DNA from: an uncultured Chloroflexia bacterium
Lineage (GTDB): Bacteria; Chloroflexota; Dehalococcoidia; DSTF01; JALHUB01
DNA length: 64,000 nucleotides
Reading direction: 5' to 3'
Assembly (NCBI GenBank): GCA_963703345.1
Contig: OY969814.1
Location: 1,600,001-1,664,000, forward strand
Part shown: piece after piece, positions 19,207 through 28,211 of the stretch
Layout: every line of letters begins with the position of its first letter
How positions within the stretch are numbered: the stretch's first letter is position 1
The notes under the pieces: model-generated
Told to the model about the DNA's origin: nothing
The model's database searches: none
The model's input: the letters and a program-made list of their open reading frames with translations, nothing else
Program-made: the position numbers and the translations under genes

Positions 19207-19307
19207 GGCGGCGCGGTCCGCGGGCCGCGGATCGTCGGGGGTTTATCGGCGGGCGCATAGGGTCATTAGAGCACGACGCGTCGAGCTTCTCAAGGGGGAA
19301 GTGGCAC
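19207..19307 (-). repeat. dispersed element, copy C (5' half only)
   Basis: Direct repeat of the 5' part of copy B, on the other side of the lipoprotein gene. Confidence 0.8.
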
Positions 19308-19328
19308 ATCCGCCCTGCGGCGGGCATC

Positions 19329-20411
19329 CTACTGAATCGCGTGTAAACGCTTGCCGTTGGGTTGGTAGACTCTGTACAGGTCTGCCTTGTTGAGGGCCAA
19401 TAGACGGCAAAGATCATCGTGAGAATAGCCCAAGCTGTCACAATGATATGCGACTATATCACGCAATAACTCGGGCGGCTCTGAGGGCGGATCAAGTTCT
19501 TCTGGTTCTCGCAAGCGATAACCTGCTTTGCTCAGTTGCATCATCATACGCTGCTTCTCATACGCTGAGATTGCGCCCGCGGTAGAAGCCCGCATTATTA
19601 GCGCTTGCATCGACATCTTCCAGTATTCCTTGAGTGGCGCGAGCCTTTTGAGGCTGAGGTTGAAAAACTGAGGCCTGATCTCATGCTTTGGTGCTAAAAA
19701 CTCGCCAGCGAATAGATGGGCGTCCGGTTCCATCTGTGGATACGAGCCAGAGGTAGAGTGCATGACTATATGCCCTAACTCGTGGGCGAGTGCAAAACGC
19801 CAGCGATCAGGGGGAATCTTGGAACTCATATAGAAGATCGGAGGCGTATTCGACCCCCATCGGCTGAAACCATCAACATCAGGTGTACTGAAATCGCAAC
19901 TAAGAACTATTCCGCCAGCAGATTCGATGACCTTAGTCATGCTGAAAATTGGCCCTGGCGGAATTCGCAACGTTGCTCTCACAGTGCGCGCTATCTTCTC
20001 CGGATTTCCCTCGAATTCGTTTATGTCCAGCACAGGAAATGGCTCTTGGGGCATCTTATCCCACGAGCGTAAGAGAGCCGCTATTTCGAAACGTCGGATT
20101 TCGGCTTCGGCGTGAATCCTATGAAGGGCCATAGCACTCGCCCTTGCCTTCTTCCGGTGATATATCTCGGTAATCCCAGGTCCACCAACCTCCTCTCGCC
20201 GCAAAAAGAAACCGGCTGGATAGTCGAGGGCTTCAGCCAGCGCGCTCAATCTGTCGCCCGATAAAGGCTCAAGGCCGGTCTCTACTTTTGAGACCGTTCC
20301 CTGAACCCATCTGAGTTTGACGGCAAGTGCGGCTTGTGAGATTCCTCTAGACTGGCGCGCCAGCGTGATCATTTCGGGATTGGCCCGTTCGGGCGTAGGT
20401 TCTGCTGGCAA
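19329..20411 (-). CDS. XRE HTH fused to ImmA/IrrE metallopeptidase
   Basis: RQSRGISQAALA...VSKVETG; RFALAHELGH; low GC. Confidence 0.9.
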   Translation of the reverse strand: MPAEPTPERANPEMITLARQSRGISQAALAVKLRWVQGTVSKVETGLEPLSGDRLSALAEALDYPAGFFLRREEVGGPGITEIYHRKKARASAMALHRIHAEAEIRRFEIAALLRSWDKMPQEPFPVLDINEFEGNPEKIARTVRATLRIPPGPIFSMTKVIESAGGIVLSCDFSTPDVDGFSRWGSNTPPIFYMSSKIPPDRWRFALAHELGHIVMHSTSGSYPQMEPDAHLFAGEFLAPKHEIRPQFFNLSLKRLAPLKEYWKMSMQALIMRASTAGAISAYEKQRMMMQLSKAGYRLREPEELDPPSEPPELLRDIVAYHCDSLGYSHDDLCRLLALNKADLYRVYQPNGKRLHAIQ

Positions 20412-20414
20412 ACT

Positions 20415-21029
20415 CTAGATTGCCTTTCCCATGTACTCCGAGTAGTCATCGTAAGCATAAACGTCGGTCTGTTGTCCCAACTGCGCGGGAAACCGACGTT
20501 GGATGCCGAAGGTCTTTAGATCGAGCGGAGAACCAAGAACCTGCCATATCCAGTCGTTGACGGCGGTTACCACGCCATTGGGAAGCGTGACGAAGGCGCC
20601 AGTGACCACGGCACCAGTGACATCCAGTGTATAGCCAAATTCGAGGCGTCCAATCTTAGGCAGGGTTGCAAGCGCAGCCTGCTGTACCCAGCGACGCGCC
20701 CTTCGAGTCGGGTAGTTATGCGATTCCAAGCCCGCGCCCAACCGTTTGAAACGGAGAATCACAGTCTCGTCGAAAACCATGTATCTTTGCAGACTATCCA
20801 CAAGGAAAGCCACCCCCGGATCATCACTGAGGAGCTGCTGCGCGTGGGAATAGAAGCTCTGATTCACGATAATGGCACGAGCGGACTCGTCTAGGATGAG
20901 GTGTAGATGTTTGCAGTCTTCGCGCCAAGTTTGCCAGGCCTTGCCGAATGCAGTTACCAACTGGGGCATCCGTGGCCTAAGGACATCCTGCGATTCTGGA
21001 AGGGAGATGATCGAGGCGAACGTAGTCAT
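20415..21029 (-). CDS. hypothetical protein, putative toxin/effector partner of the XRE-peptidase
   Basis: AAGGAG RBS, 3-nt gap to the XRE gene, low GC. Confidence 0.7.
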   Translation of the reverse strand: MTTFASIISLPESQDVLRPRMPQLVTAFGKAWQTWREDCKHLHLILDESARAIIVNQSFYSHAQQLLSDDPGVAFLVDSLQRYMVFDETVILRFKRLGAGLESHNYPTRRARRWVQQAALATLPKIGRLEFGYTLDVTGAVVTGAFVTLPNGVVTAVNDWIWQVLGSPLDLKTFGIQRRFPAQLGQQTDVYAYDDYSEYMGKAI

Positions 21030-21042
21030 GGCGCTCCTTCAC

Positions 21043-21089
21043 GGAATTTTTCTTGGAATAATTTTCCGCGATCAGCGCGGTTTTGTCAA
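21043..21089 (-). promoter_or_regulatory. promoter with overlapping AT-rich operator-like repeats
   Basis: TTGACA-17-GAAAAT followed by GGAAAATTATTCC-AA-GAAAAATTCC. Confidence 0.6.
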
Positions 21090-21115
21090 GCCCTGTCTTC
21101 GCCGTCTGGTGGCCG

Positions 21116-22279
21116 TCACTCGCGCTTCCAGCTCTCTAAACGGTGGAGGGCTTCTTCGAGGCGGGCGTCCGGGACGGTGAGGGAGAGTCGGACGTAGCCT
21201 TCGCCGGACGGGCCGTAGCCGGTTCCGGGCGTGACAACTATCGATAGGTCGTCCAGCAGGCGCTCGGCGAACGACGCCGACGTGAAGCCGGTCGGCACGC
21301 GCGCCCAGACGTAGAGGCTCGCCTTCGGCACGCGCACACGCAGCCCCATCGATTGCAGCGCCGGCACGAGGCGGTCGCGGCGACGCTGGTAGACGGCGTT
21401 GTGCTCGTCGATGCAGCCCTGCGGACCCTCTAACGCCGCAATGGCCATGCGCTGAATCGCCTGGGGGATGCCGGAGTCGAGGTTCGACTTGACGCGGCGC
21501 AGGGCGTCGATCAGACGGGCGTTACCGACGGCCATGCCGACGCGCCAGCCGGTCATGTTGTAGGTCTTCGATAGCGAGTTGAACTCGATGCCGACGTCGC
21601 GGGCGCCTTCGGCCTGAAGGAAACTGACCGGTCGGTATGCATCGAAGGCGACGTCGCTGTAGGGGCCGTCGTGGCAGACGGCGATGTCGTGCCTGCGGGC
21701 GAAGGCGACGGCTTCGTCGAAGAAGTCGGGGCGGGCAACGGCGGCAGTCGGATTGTTGGGATAGTTCAGCCAGAGCAGCTTCGCGGCGTCAGCAACGGCG
21801 GGCGGCACGGCGCTGAAGTCGGGCAGGAAGTCGTTCTCCTCCCGCAGGGGCAGGAAGTGGCAGCGGCCGCCGGCGAACATGGTGGCGACGGAGTAGACGG
21901 GATAGCCCGGGTCCGGCACGAGGGCGACGTCGCCGGGCTCGATGAGGCAGAGCGGGACGTGGGCGACGCCGTCTTTGGAGCCGATGAGGGGCAGTACCTC
22001 GGTATCGGGGTCGAACGAGAGGCCGAAGCGGCGCTCATACCAGCCGGCGATGGCGCGTCTTAGCTCCGGCAGGCCTTCGGACTCGGGATAGCGATGGTTC
22101 GCGGGGTCGCGCGCGGCCTCGACGAGGGCGTCGATGACGTGCGGCGGCGTCGGCAGGTCGGGGTCGCCGATGGCGAAGGTGATGATGTCGGCGCCCTGCG
22201 CCCGCTTGTCGGCGATCTTTCGGGAGATCTCGGCGAAGAGGTAGGGCGGCAGGTTCTCGATACGTTTGGCAAACCTCAT
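21116..22279 (-). CDS. dapL: LL-diaminopimelate aminotransferase
   Basis: LPPYLFAEI, NYPNNPT, SLSKTYNMTGWRVG; close to dapF. Confidence 0.85.
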   Translation of the reverse strand: MRFAKRIENLPPYLFAEISRKIADKRAQGADIITFAIGDPDLPTPPHVIDALVEAARDPANHRYPESEGLPELRRAIAGWYERRFGLSFDPDTEVLPLIGSKDGVAHVPLCLIEPGDVALVPDPGYPVYSVATMFAGGRCHFLPLREENDFLPDFSAVPPAVADAAKLLWLNYPNNPTAAVARPDFFDEAVAFARRHDIAVCHDGPYSDVAFDAYRPVSFLQAEGARDVGIEFNSLSKTYNMTGWRVGMAVGNARLIDALRRVKSNLDSGIPQAIQRMAIAALEGPQGCIDEHNAVYQRRRDRLVPALQSMGLRVRVPKASLYVWARVPTGFTSASFAERLLDDLSIVVTPGTGYGPSGEGYVRLSLTVPDARLEEALHRLESWKRE

Positions 22280-23670
22280 TACAGCGACTCCTCCCAGCGC
22301 ACTTCGTAGAGCCGGACGGGCCTGTCAAGTCCCTTCAGGGTAGCTTCCCCCTGATCGGAGAACGCGAAGCCTTTGCCCGCCGCAAGCTCCTGCACAACGT
22401 TAGAGGCTAGTATCTGGCAGGGCTGGGCGTGCGCACACAGGCGGGCCGCCACCTGAACCGCTGTGCCGAATAGGTCCTCGTCCTCCGCTATCGGCTCGCC
22501 CGCGTTCAGCCCGATGCGGACGCGTATCGGCGTCTCCGGGTGCTCATCAGCGTGGGCGGCGAAGGCGCGCTGCATGGCAATCGCGCACTCCAGCGCCCGC
22601 GTCGCCGATGAGAACGACGCCATGAAGCCGTCGCCCATGGCCTTCACCTCCGCGCCGCCGTGTGTCCGCAGCGCCTCCCGCACGATGCGCTCGTGGTTTC
22701 GCAGCACGTCGCGCGCCCTGGCGTCGCCGAGGCGCTCGGTCAGCGCCGTCGACCCCTCCACGTCTGTGAACAGGATGGTGACAAGGCCGCCCGGTTCTCT
22801 CGACGGCACACCCCTGGCCGCTGGGGCCTCCTCGCCTTCCCCAAGGAACTCGTAGATGGCCTTCGCCATGACCCGCGCCACAGGTTCGCTGGGCAGAGGC
22901 CAATGGTTCCTGCCGTCCAGGGAGAGGAAGCGGGCCCCGGGTATGCCGGTCGCCAGCTCCCGTCCTGACTCAAAGGGCACGATAGCGTCACCGCGACGGT
23001 GAATTACCAGGGTGGGCACTGTCACCTGTGGCAGGATCGGCCTCACGTCGATGTCTAGCATGGCAGTCATAAGGTTCAGAACGTTGTCGCCGGACGCTGA
23101 GACCCGCTGCAATTCGTTGAAGGCTCGAATAGCGTCGATATCAGCGTCCGGCATGAACAGGCTCGTGAAGAACTGGCGGTGCGCTGGCAGATCGCTGCCC
23201 CACCCGTGGCCGACTAGCGTAAGCATAGCCGCGGCCTGTTGGCGGCCCTCCTCCGTATCCAGATACCACTCCATGCGGGCGAACGAGCCGTAGAGTATGA
23301 GGTGGCTGACCCGCTTCGGGTGGCGCAGGGCATACGTGATGGCCGTTGGCCCGCCCTGCGAGATCCCGTACAGGGCGAAGCATTCAAGCCCCAGGGCATC
23401 AACGACCGCTTCTAGGTCGCGCAGCTGGGCTTCCAGGGAATAGTCGCTCACTCGGCGGTCCGACAGCCCCATGCCGCGTCCGTCGTAGCGAACGAACAGA
23501 TTCTGCCCGGACATGCCATCGATGAAGGTCCGCCAGAGGGGGTTCTCCCACTCATACTCTAGGTGGGTGAGCCAACCCAGGCCGCGTACCAAGGGCGGCC
23601 CCTGGCCCGCGGTGGCGTAGGCTATGCGCGTCCCATCCGAGCTGGTGCAGAAGCGGATATGCTGTTCCAT
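22279..23670 (-). CDS. alpha/beta-hydrolase fused to class III adenylate cyclase (LipJ/Rv1900c-like architecture)
   Basis: GISQGG nucleophile elbow; LFTDVEGST, EVKAMGDG, DLFGTAV..AAR. Confidence 0.9.
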   Translation of the reverse strand: MEQHIRFCTSSDGTRIAYATAGQGPPLVRGLGWLTHLEYEWENPLWRTFIDGMSGQNLFVRYDGRGMGLSDRRVSDYSLEAQLRDLEAVVDALGLECFALYGISQGGPTAITYALRHPKRVSHLILYGSFARMEWYLDTEEGRQQAAAMLTLVGHGWGSDLPAHRQFFTSLFMPDADIDAIRAFNELQRVSASGDNVLNLMTAMLDIDVRPILPQVTVPTLVIHRRGDAIVPFESGRELATGIPGARFLSLDGRNHWPLPSEPVARVMAKAIYEFLGEGEEAPAARGVPSREPGGLVTILFTDVEGSTALTERLGDARARDVLRNHERIVREALRTHGGAEVKAMGDGFMASFSSATRALECAIAMQRAFAAHADEHPETPIRVRIGLNAGEPIAEDEDLFGTAVQVAARLCAHAQPCQILASNVVQELAAGKGFAFSDQGEATLKGLDRPVRLYEVRWEESL

Positions 23671-25012
23671 CAGTCTTGCCACCTCATTTCGTAGAGCCGC
23701 ACGGGGTCTTCGAAGCCGCGCAGCGCGACGTCGCCCCGGTCCGCGAAGAGGAACCCCTTACCCGCCACCAACTGCCGCACGACGTCCGAGACCAGTATCT
23801 CCTTGCCCTTGGCCTGCGCCGCGATGCGCGCCGCCAGGATGACCGCTGTCCCGAACAGGTCCTGGTCCTCCGCTATCGGCTCGCCAGCATTCAGCCCGAT
23901 ACGGACGCGTATCGGCGTCTCCGGGTGCTCATCACCGTGGGCTGCAAACGCCCGCTGCATGGCGATGGCGCACTCTAGCGCCCGCGTCGCCGAGGAGAAG
24001 GAAGCCATGAAGCCGTCGCCCATCGCCTTCACCTCCGCGCCGGCGTGGGCCCTCAGCGCCTCCCGCACGATGCGCTCGTGGTTTCGCAGCACCTCCCGCG
24101 CCCTGGCGTCGCCGAGCCGCTGGGTCAGCGCCGTCAACCCCTCCACATCCGTGAAGAGGATGGTGCAGAGACCGCCTGCCGCGTGCTGCTCGGCTCCAGC
24201 CGGGGCGGGCTCGCTATCCCCCAGGAACTCGTAGATGGCCGCGAGCATCGCTTCCATGTCGCCCACCCACGCCGCCGCCGATTCCCCCTCGAGGAGAGCC
24301 AGGCGAGCGTCGGGTATTTGGGATGCCAGATCCTTGGCGATCTCCAGCCCGGGAAGGGCCTTGATTTGGCGGCGCTGGAGTATCAAGGTGGGCGACCTCA
24401 CTTGGGAAAGCACGGCCGTGACATCAAACTCCGCAAGCGCGCGAAAGATGGCGCGCGCCGTTTCTGGCGTGGCGCATTCCCGCACGAAGGCAGCTTGGCG
24501 GTGCGCTTCCTCACCCGCCGACCATCCGAACCAAGCATGCGCTTGTGCCTCCGTGTATAGCTCCCAGTCCCCCCCTTGCTCAGCGCCCAAAGTGCCTGGT
24601 CGCGGGCTTTCTGCCGCACCCACGGGCACCACAGCACAAGATGGGATACGGCCTCCGGGTGGCGAGCCGCATAAGAGATGGCGACCGGCGCTGCGCTGAC
24701 AGGGCCGAGCAAAACGAATCTCTGCACGCCCAGGCTTTCCACCACCGCCTGCAGGTCAAGCATATGGGCGTCGACTGAGTAGTCGGCCACGTTGCGGTCC
24801 GAAAGGCCCGTCCCCCTGCCGTCGTAGCGGACCAGCTTCCCTCTCTCCGTCAGCCGCTCATACCAGCGGCGATACCCGGGATTCTGCCACTCCAATTGGA
24901 TGTGGCTCCAGGGAAGTACCGGCATATACACGAGGGGCAGGCCTTCCCCCAACGTCCAGAAGGCGATGCTCACCCCGTCGGTGGTGTGCGTGTACTGGAT
25001 GCGCGGCTCCAT
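23670..25012 (-). pseudogene. second hydrolase-fold/adenylate cyclase paralog, frameshifted at a G7 tract
   Basis: N-half (ORF 24398-25012) and C-half (ORF 23670-24632) switch frame at the C7 run 24569-24575. Confidence 0.8.
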
Positions 25013-25071
25013 AGTGCACTATCCTACACTATCGATATTCTCCCTGCACGGATAGCGGGCGTGAGGCGCCA

Positions 25072-25152
25072 CTAGCAAACGAATGTTTTCTCCCGCGAGA
25101 TCTCGGCGAAGGGGAAAGGCAGCAGGTCGGCGACGACGCGTGTCAGCTCCAT
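25072..25152 (-). pseudogene. degenerate duplicate of the dapL 5' end
   Basis: MELTRVVADLLPFPFAEISRE vs DapL MRFAKRIENLPPYLFAEISRK; its ATG overlaps the dapF stop. Confidence 0.7.
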
Positions 25153-26021
25153 CAGGCGCCTCCGTCGTCCGCTACAAGCCACTCGCCCTCGAAGACCGTT
25201 ACGGCGGGACCGGTCATGAAGACTTCGCCGGCGCCGTCCCACTGGAGAGTAAGCGTACCGCCGGGCAGAGTTATGTCTACTTTGTCGTCGACGAGGCCCT
25301 GAAGCCGCGCCGCGACCATCACGGCTGACGCGCCGGTGCCACAGGCGAGCGTCGGGCCGGCGCCGCGCTCCCAGACGCGGGCTTCGATGTGCGTTCGATC
25401 GATGACGTGCGCAACCTCGAAGTTGACGCCGCGCGGGAAGAGCGGGTGATTGACGACGCGCGGACCTACCTCCGCGAGAGGGAAGCCGGCGACGGGGCGC
25501 TCCGGGAAAAGCACGGCGTGGGGGTTGCCCATGGAGACGGCGGTCAGGGGCAGGATTCCACGCGAATCGCCGTGCTCGAGCTCGACGGGGATGTTGACGA
25601 GCGGCGGGTCGGCGTTTACAAGGACCGGTATCTCTTCGGGCGCGAGACGGGGCACGCCCATGCCGACGCGGACTCTCTCGACGGCGCTGCCCGCGCGCTC
25701 GACCTGGAGCGTGAGCACGCCGGCAGCGGTCTCGACGGCGAAGCGGTTGTCGAGCGGCTCGACCAAGCCGCGCTCGACTGCGTACTTCGCCAGGCAGCGG
25801 ATTCCGTTGCCGCACATCTCGGGCTCCGAGCCGTCGGGGTTGATGACGCGCATGCGGACGGCGGCGCGGTCGGAGGGCAGGACGAGCAAGAGGCCGTCGG
25901 CGCCGACGCCGAAGTGGCGGTCGCAGACCGCGACGGCGAGTCGCGGCCAATCGCACTCGTCGCCCCTCGCCTCGACGAGGACGAAGTCGTTGCCGGTGCC
26001 GTGCATCTTGACGAAGCGCAT
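25152..26021 (-). CDS. dapF: diaminopimelate epimerase
   Basis: KMHGTGNDF, EMCGNG, SMGNPH, ERGAGPTLACGTG. Confidence 0.95.
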   Translation of the reverse strand: MRFVKMHGTGNDFVLVEARGDECDWPRLAVAVCDRHFGVGADGLLLVLPSDRAAVRMRVINPDGSEPEMCGNGIRCLAKYAVERGLVEPLDNRFAVETAAGVLTLQVERAGSAVERVRVGMGVPRLAPEEIPVLVNADPPLVNIPVELEHGDSRGILPLTAVSMGNPHAVLFPERPVAGFPLAEVGPRVVNHPLFPRGVNFEVAHVIDRTHIEARVWERGAGPTLACGTGASAVMVAARLQGLVDDKVDITLPGGTLTLQWDGAGEVFMTGPAVTVFEGEWLVADDGGA

Positions 26022-26023
26022 CG

Positions 26024-26500
26024 TTAGGCGTTCTCCAACGCAAGGTCGCGGGTGATCTGAAGCTGGCCCAAGTGAAGAGCAGCGTGCTCAACGACGTGCA
26101 AGAGCGCGTCGCGCACCGAGATCTCATACGGCTCGCCCTCGCCCCAGTATTTCGGCAAGGGCACGAGGCGCCGGTCCAGGCCCGCCGGCGTCAGCGCCGC
26201 CAGGGCCGCGTCGATCTCCTGCGACAGGCTCCCGGCGCCGGCCACGAGAGCGACGGCGTCACGTCCGGACGCGCGAAACTCCGCCGGCCGGTCGCGGTCA
26301 ACGGCCTGGCCGCAGGCGATGCCCAACACCCAGGCGCGGGCGTTGCTCAGGGTGTGAGCAGCGATCACGTAGGCGCTGTTGGCGCCGGCGATGGGCGGGC
26401 GCCAGTTGAGCTGGGCCTCGCTCAGCCCCTGTAGGCTCTCGCATACGCGCTGCAGGAGCGAGCGTATCTGTCGGCTCAACGTCTCGACTTCGGTGTTCAT
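26024..26500 (-). CDS. DinB/DUF664-like metal-binding protein
   Basis: NS...H and HVVEHAALHLGQ. Confidence 0.75.
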   Translation of the reverse strand: MNTEVETLSRQIRSLLQRVCESLQGLSEAQLNWRPPIAGANSAYVIAAHTLSNARAWVLGIACGQAVDRDRPAEFRASGRDAVALVAGAGSLSQEIDAALAALTPAGLDRRLVPLPKYWGEGEPYEISVRDALLHVVEHAALHLGQLQITRDLALENA

Positions 26501-27438
26501 CGGGCAAGCCTTTCCTTGATGAGCTTCGACGCCTCGTCGAACGGGTCGCTCGCCGACGCGTCCAGCCAGCGGATGCGTGGGTCGTCGCGGCGGAACCAGG
26601 CGTACTGCATGCGCGCCACGCGGTGCGTCTCCGTCTTCATCGTCGCCGCGACGTCGGCCAGCGACATCTCGCCCTGGAGGTGGCTGACGGCCTGTCGGTA
26701 GCCGATGCCCGACATGGGCGGCAGGTCGGCGGCATAGCCTCGCGCCAGCAACGCGCGGACCTCTTCGACGAGCCCGGACTCAGCCCCACGGGCAAGCATG
26801 CGGTCCACGCGCTCGTCGATGCGCTTGTATAGCTCGGCGCGCGGCCGGTCAATGGCAAGAATAAGCGGCTGGAACTCCGGCTGCAACTTTTGGCGCGACG
26901 CGGCGCCGACGGACTGTCGTTGGAGCTCCAGGGCGCGGACGAGCCGGCGGACGTTCCTGGCGTCGACATGGGCGGCGGCTGAGGCGTCGAGCGCCAGCAG
27001 CTCGCGGTAGAGGGCATCGGGACCTTCGCGCTCGGCACGCTCTTCCAGCGAGCGGCGCAGCGCGGCGTCGGGCGCAACGCGAGGCACTTGCCAGCCTTCG
27101 AGGAGGGCCCAGACGTACTGGCCGCTGCCGCCGACGAGAAAGGGCGTCCGGCGGCGTCGCCAGATGTCCGCCAGCGCCTCCTGCGCGAGGTCGAGGTAGT
27201 GCGTCAAGCTGAACTCGGCGTCGGGGTCGACTACGTCGATGAGCCAGTGAGGGACGGCGGCGCGCTCCTGGGGCGTCGGCTTGGCGGTGCCGACGTCCAT
27301 GAAACGATAGACCTGGCGGGAGTCGGCGGAGACGATTTCGCCGTCGAAGGCGAGCGCGAGGCGGAGGGCGAGTTCGCTCTTGCCGCCGGCGGTAGGCCCG
27401 ACGACGGCGATGAGCGGGTTTAGGGCGGCTTCAGCCAT
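26497..27438 (-). CDS. miaA: tRNA dimethylallyltransferase
   Basis: GPTAGGKS, SADSRQVY, GTAKP, VGGSGQY. Confidence 0.95.
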   Translation of the reverse strand: MAEAALNPLIAVVGPTAGGKSELALRLALAFDGEIVSADSRQVYRFMDVGTAKPTPQERAAVPHWLIDVVDPDAEFSLTHYLDLAQEALADIWRRRRTPFLVGGSGQYVWALLEGWQVPRVAPDAALRRSLEERAEREGPDALYRELLALDASAAAHVDARNVRRLVRALELQRQSVGAASRQKLQPEFQPLILAIDRPRAELYKRIDERVDRMLARGAESGLVEEVRALLARGYAADLPPMSGIGYRQAVSHLQGEMSLADVAATMKTETHRVARMQYAWFRRDDPRIRWLDASASDPFDEASKLIKERLAR

Positions 27439-27441
27439 CGC

Positions 27442-28209
27442 CTACTTGGTCGCGGAGATGCGGGCGGACTCGTTGACGATGCGGGCGAAGGAGTCGGCCT
27501 TGAGGCAGGCGCCGCCGACGAGCGCGCCGTCGATTTGTGGCTGAGCGATGAACTCGGCGATGTTGTCGGGGGTAACGCTGCCGCCGTAGAGGATGCGCAG
27601 TGAGTCGCCGCGGGCGACGTCGAAGAGAGCGGTCACTTCGGAGCGGATGAGGGCGATCGCTTCATTCGCCATGTCGCCGGTGGCCGCCTTGCCGGTACCG
27701 ATGGCCCAGACGGGCTCGTAAGCGATGGCGAAGCCGGCAGGCAGGTCGACGCCGGCGAGGGCGCCGCGGGTCTGGCGTATTAGGACTTCGGCGGTCTGGC
27801 CGTCTTCGCGCTGCTGCTCCGTCTCGCCGACGCAGAGGATGGGGCGCAGATTCGCGGCAAGGGCGGCCTTCACCTTCTTGTTCACCGTCTCGTCGGTCTC
27901 GCAGAAGTAGGCGCGGCGCTCGGAGTGGCCGATAATGACGAGCTCGATGAGGTCTTGCAGCATCGTCGGGCTCACTTCGCCGGTGAAGGCGCCCTGCGGC
28001 TCCCAGTGCAGGTTCTGCGCGCCGACCCTGATCGAGCTGCCCTTTAGCGACTCGGCGACGGACATGAGGAAGGGGAACGGCGGGCAGACCACCTTCTCGA
28101 CGCCAGCGATCCGGTCGACCAGATCGCGGACGGCATGGCTCAAGGCGAGAGCGCTCTCGGCGGTGGTGTGCATCTTCCAGTTGCCGGCGATGATTGGAAT
28201 GCGTTTCAC
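27442..28209 (-). CDS. tpiA: triosephosphate isomerase
   Basis: GNWKM, GHSERR, AYEPVWAIGTG, YGGSV. Confidence 0.97.
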   Translation of the reverse strand: MKRIPIIAGNWKMHTTAESALALSHAVRDLVDRIAGVEKVVCPPFPFLMSVAESLKGSSIRVGAQNLHWEPQGAFTGEVSPTMLQDLIELVIIGHSERRAYFCETDETVNKKVKAALAANLRPILCVGETEQQREDGQTAEVLIRQTRGALAGVDLPAGFAIAYEPVWAIGTGKAATGDMANEAIALIRSEVTALFDVARGDSLRILYGGSVTPDNIAEFIAQPQIDGALVGGACLKADSFARIVNESARISATK

Positions 28210-28211
28210 AG

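Noticed and set aside
18059-19307. classical integron attC sites
   Set aside because: No RYYYAAC/GTTRRRY ends or attC-type palindrome, and no IntI gene in the window
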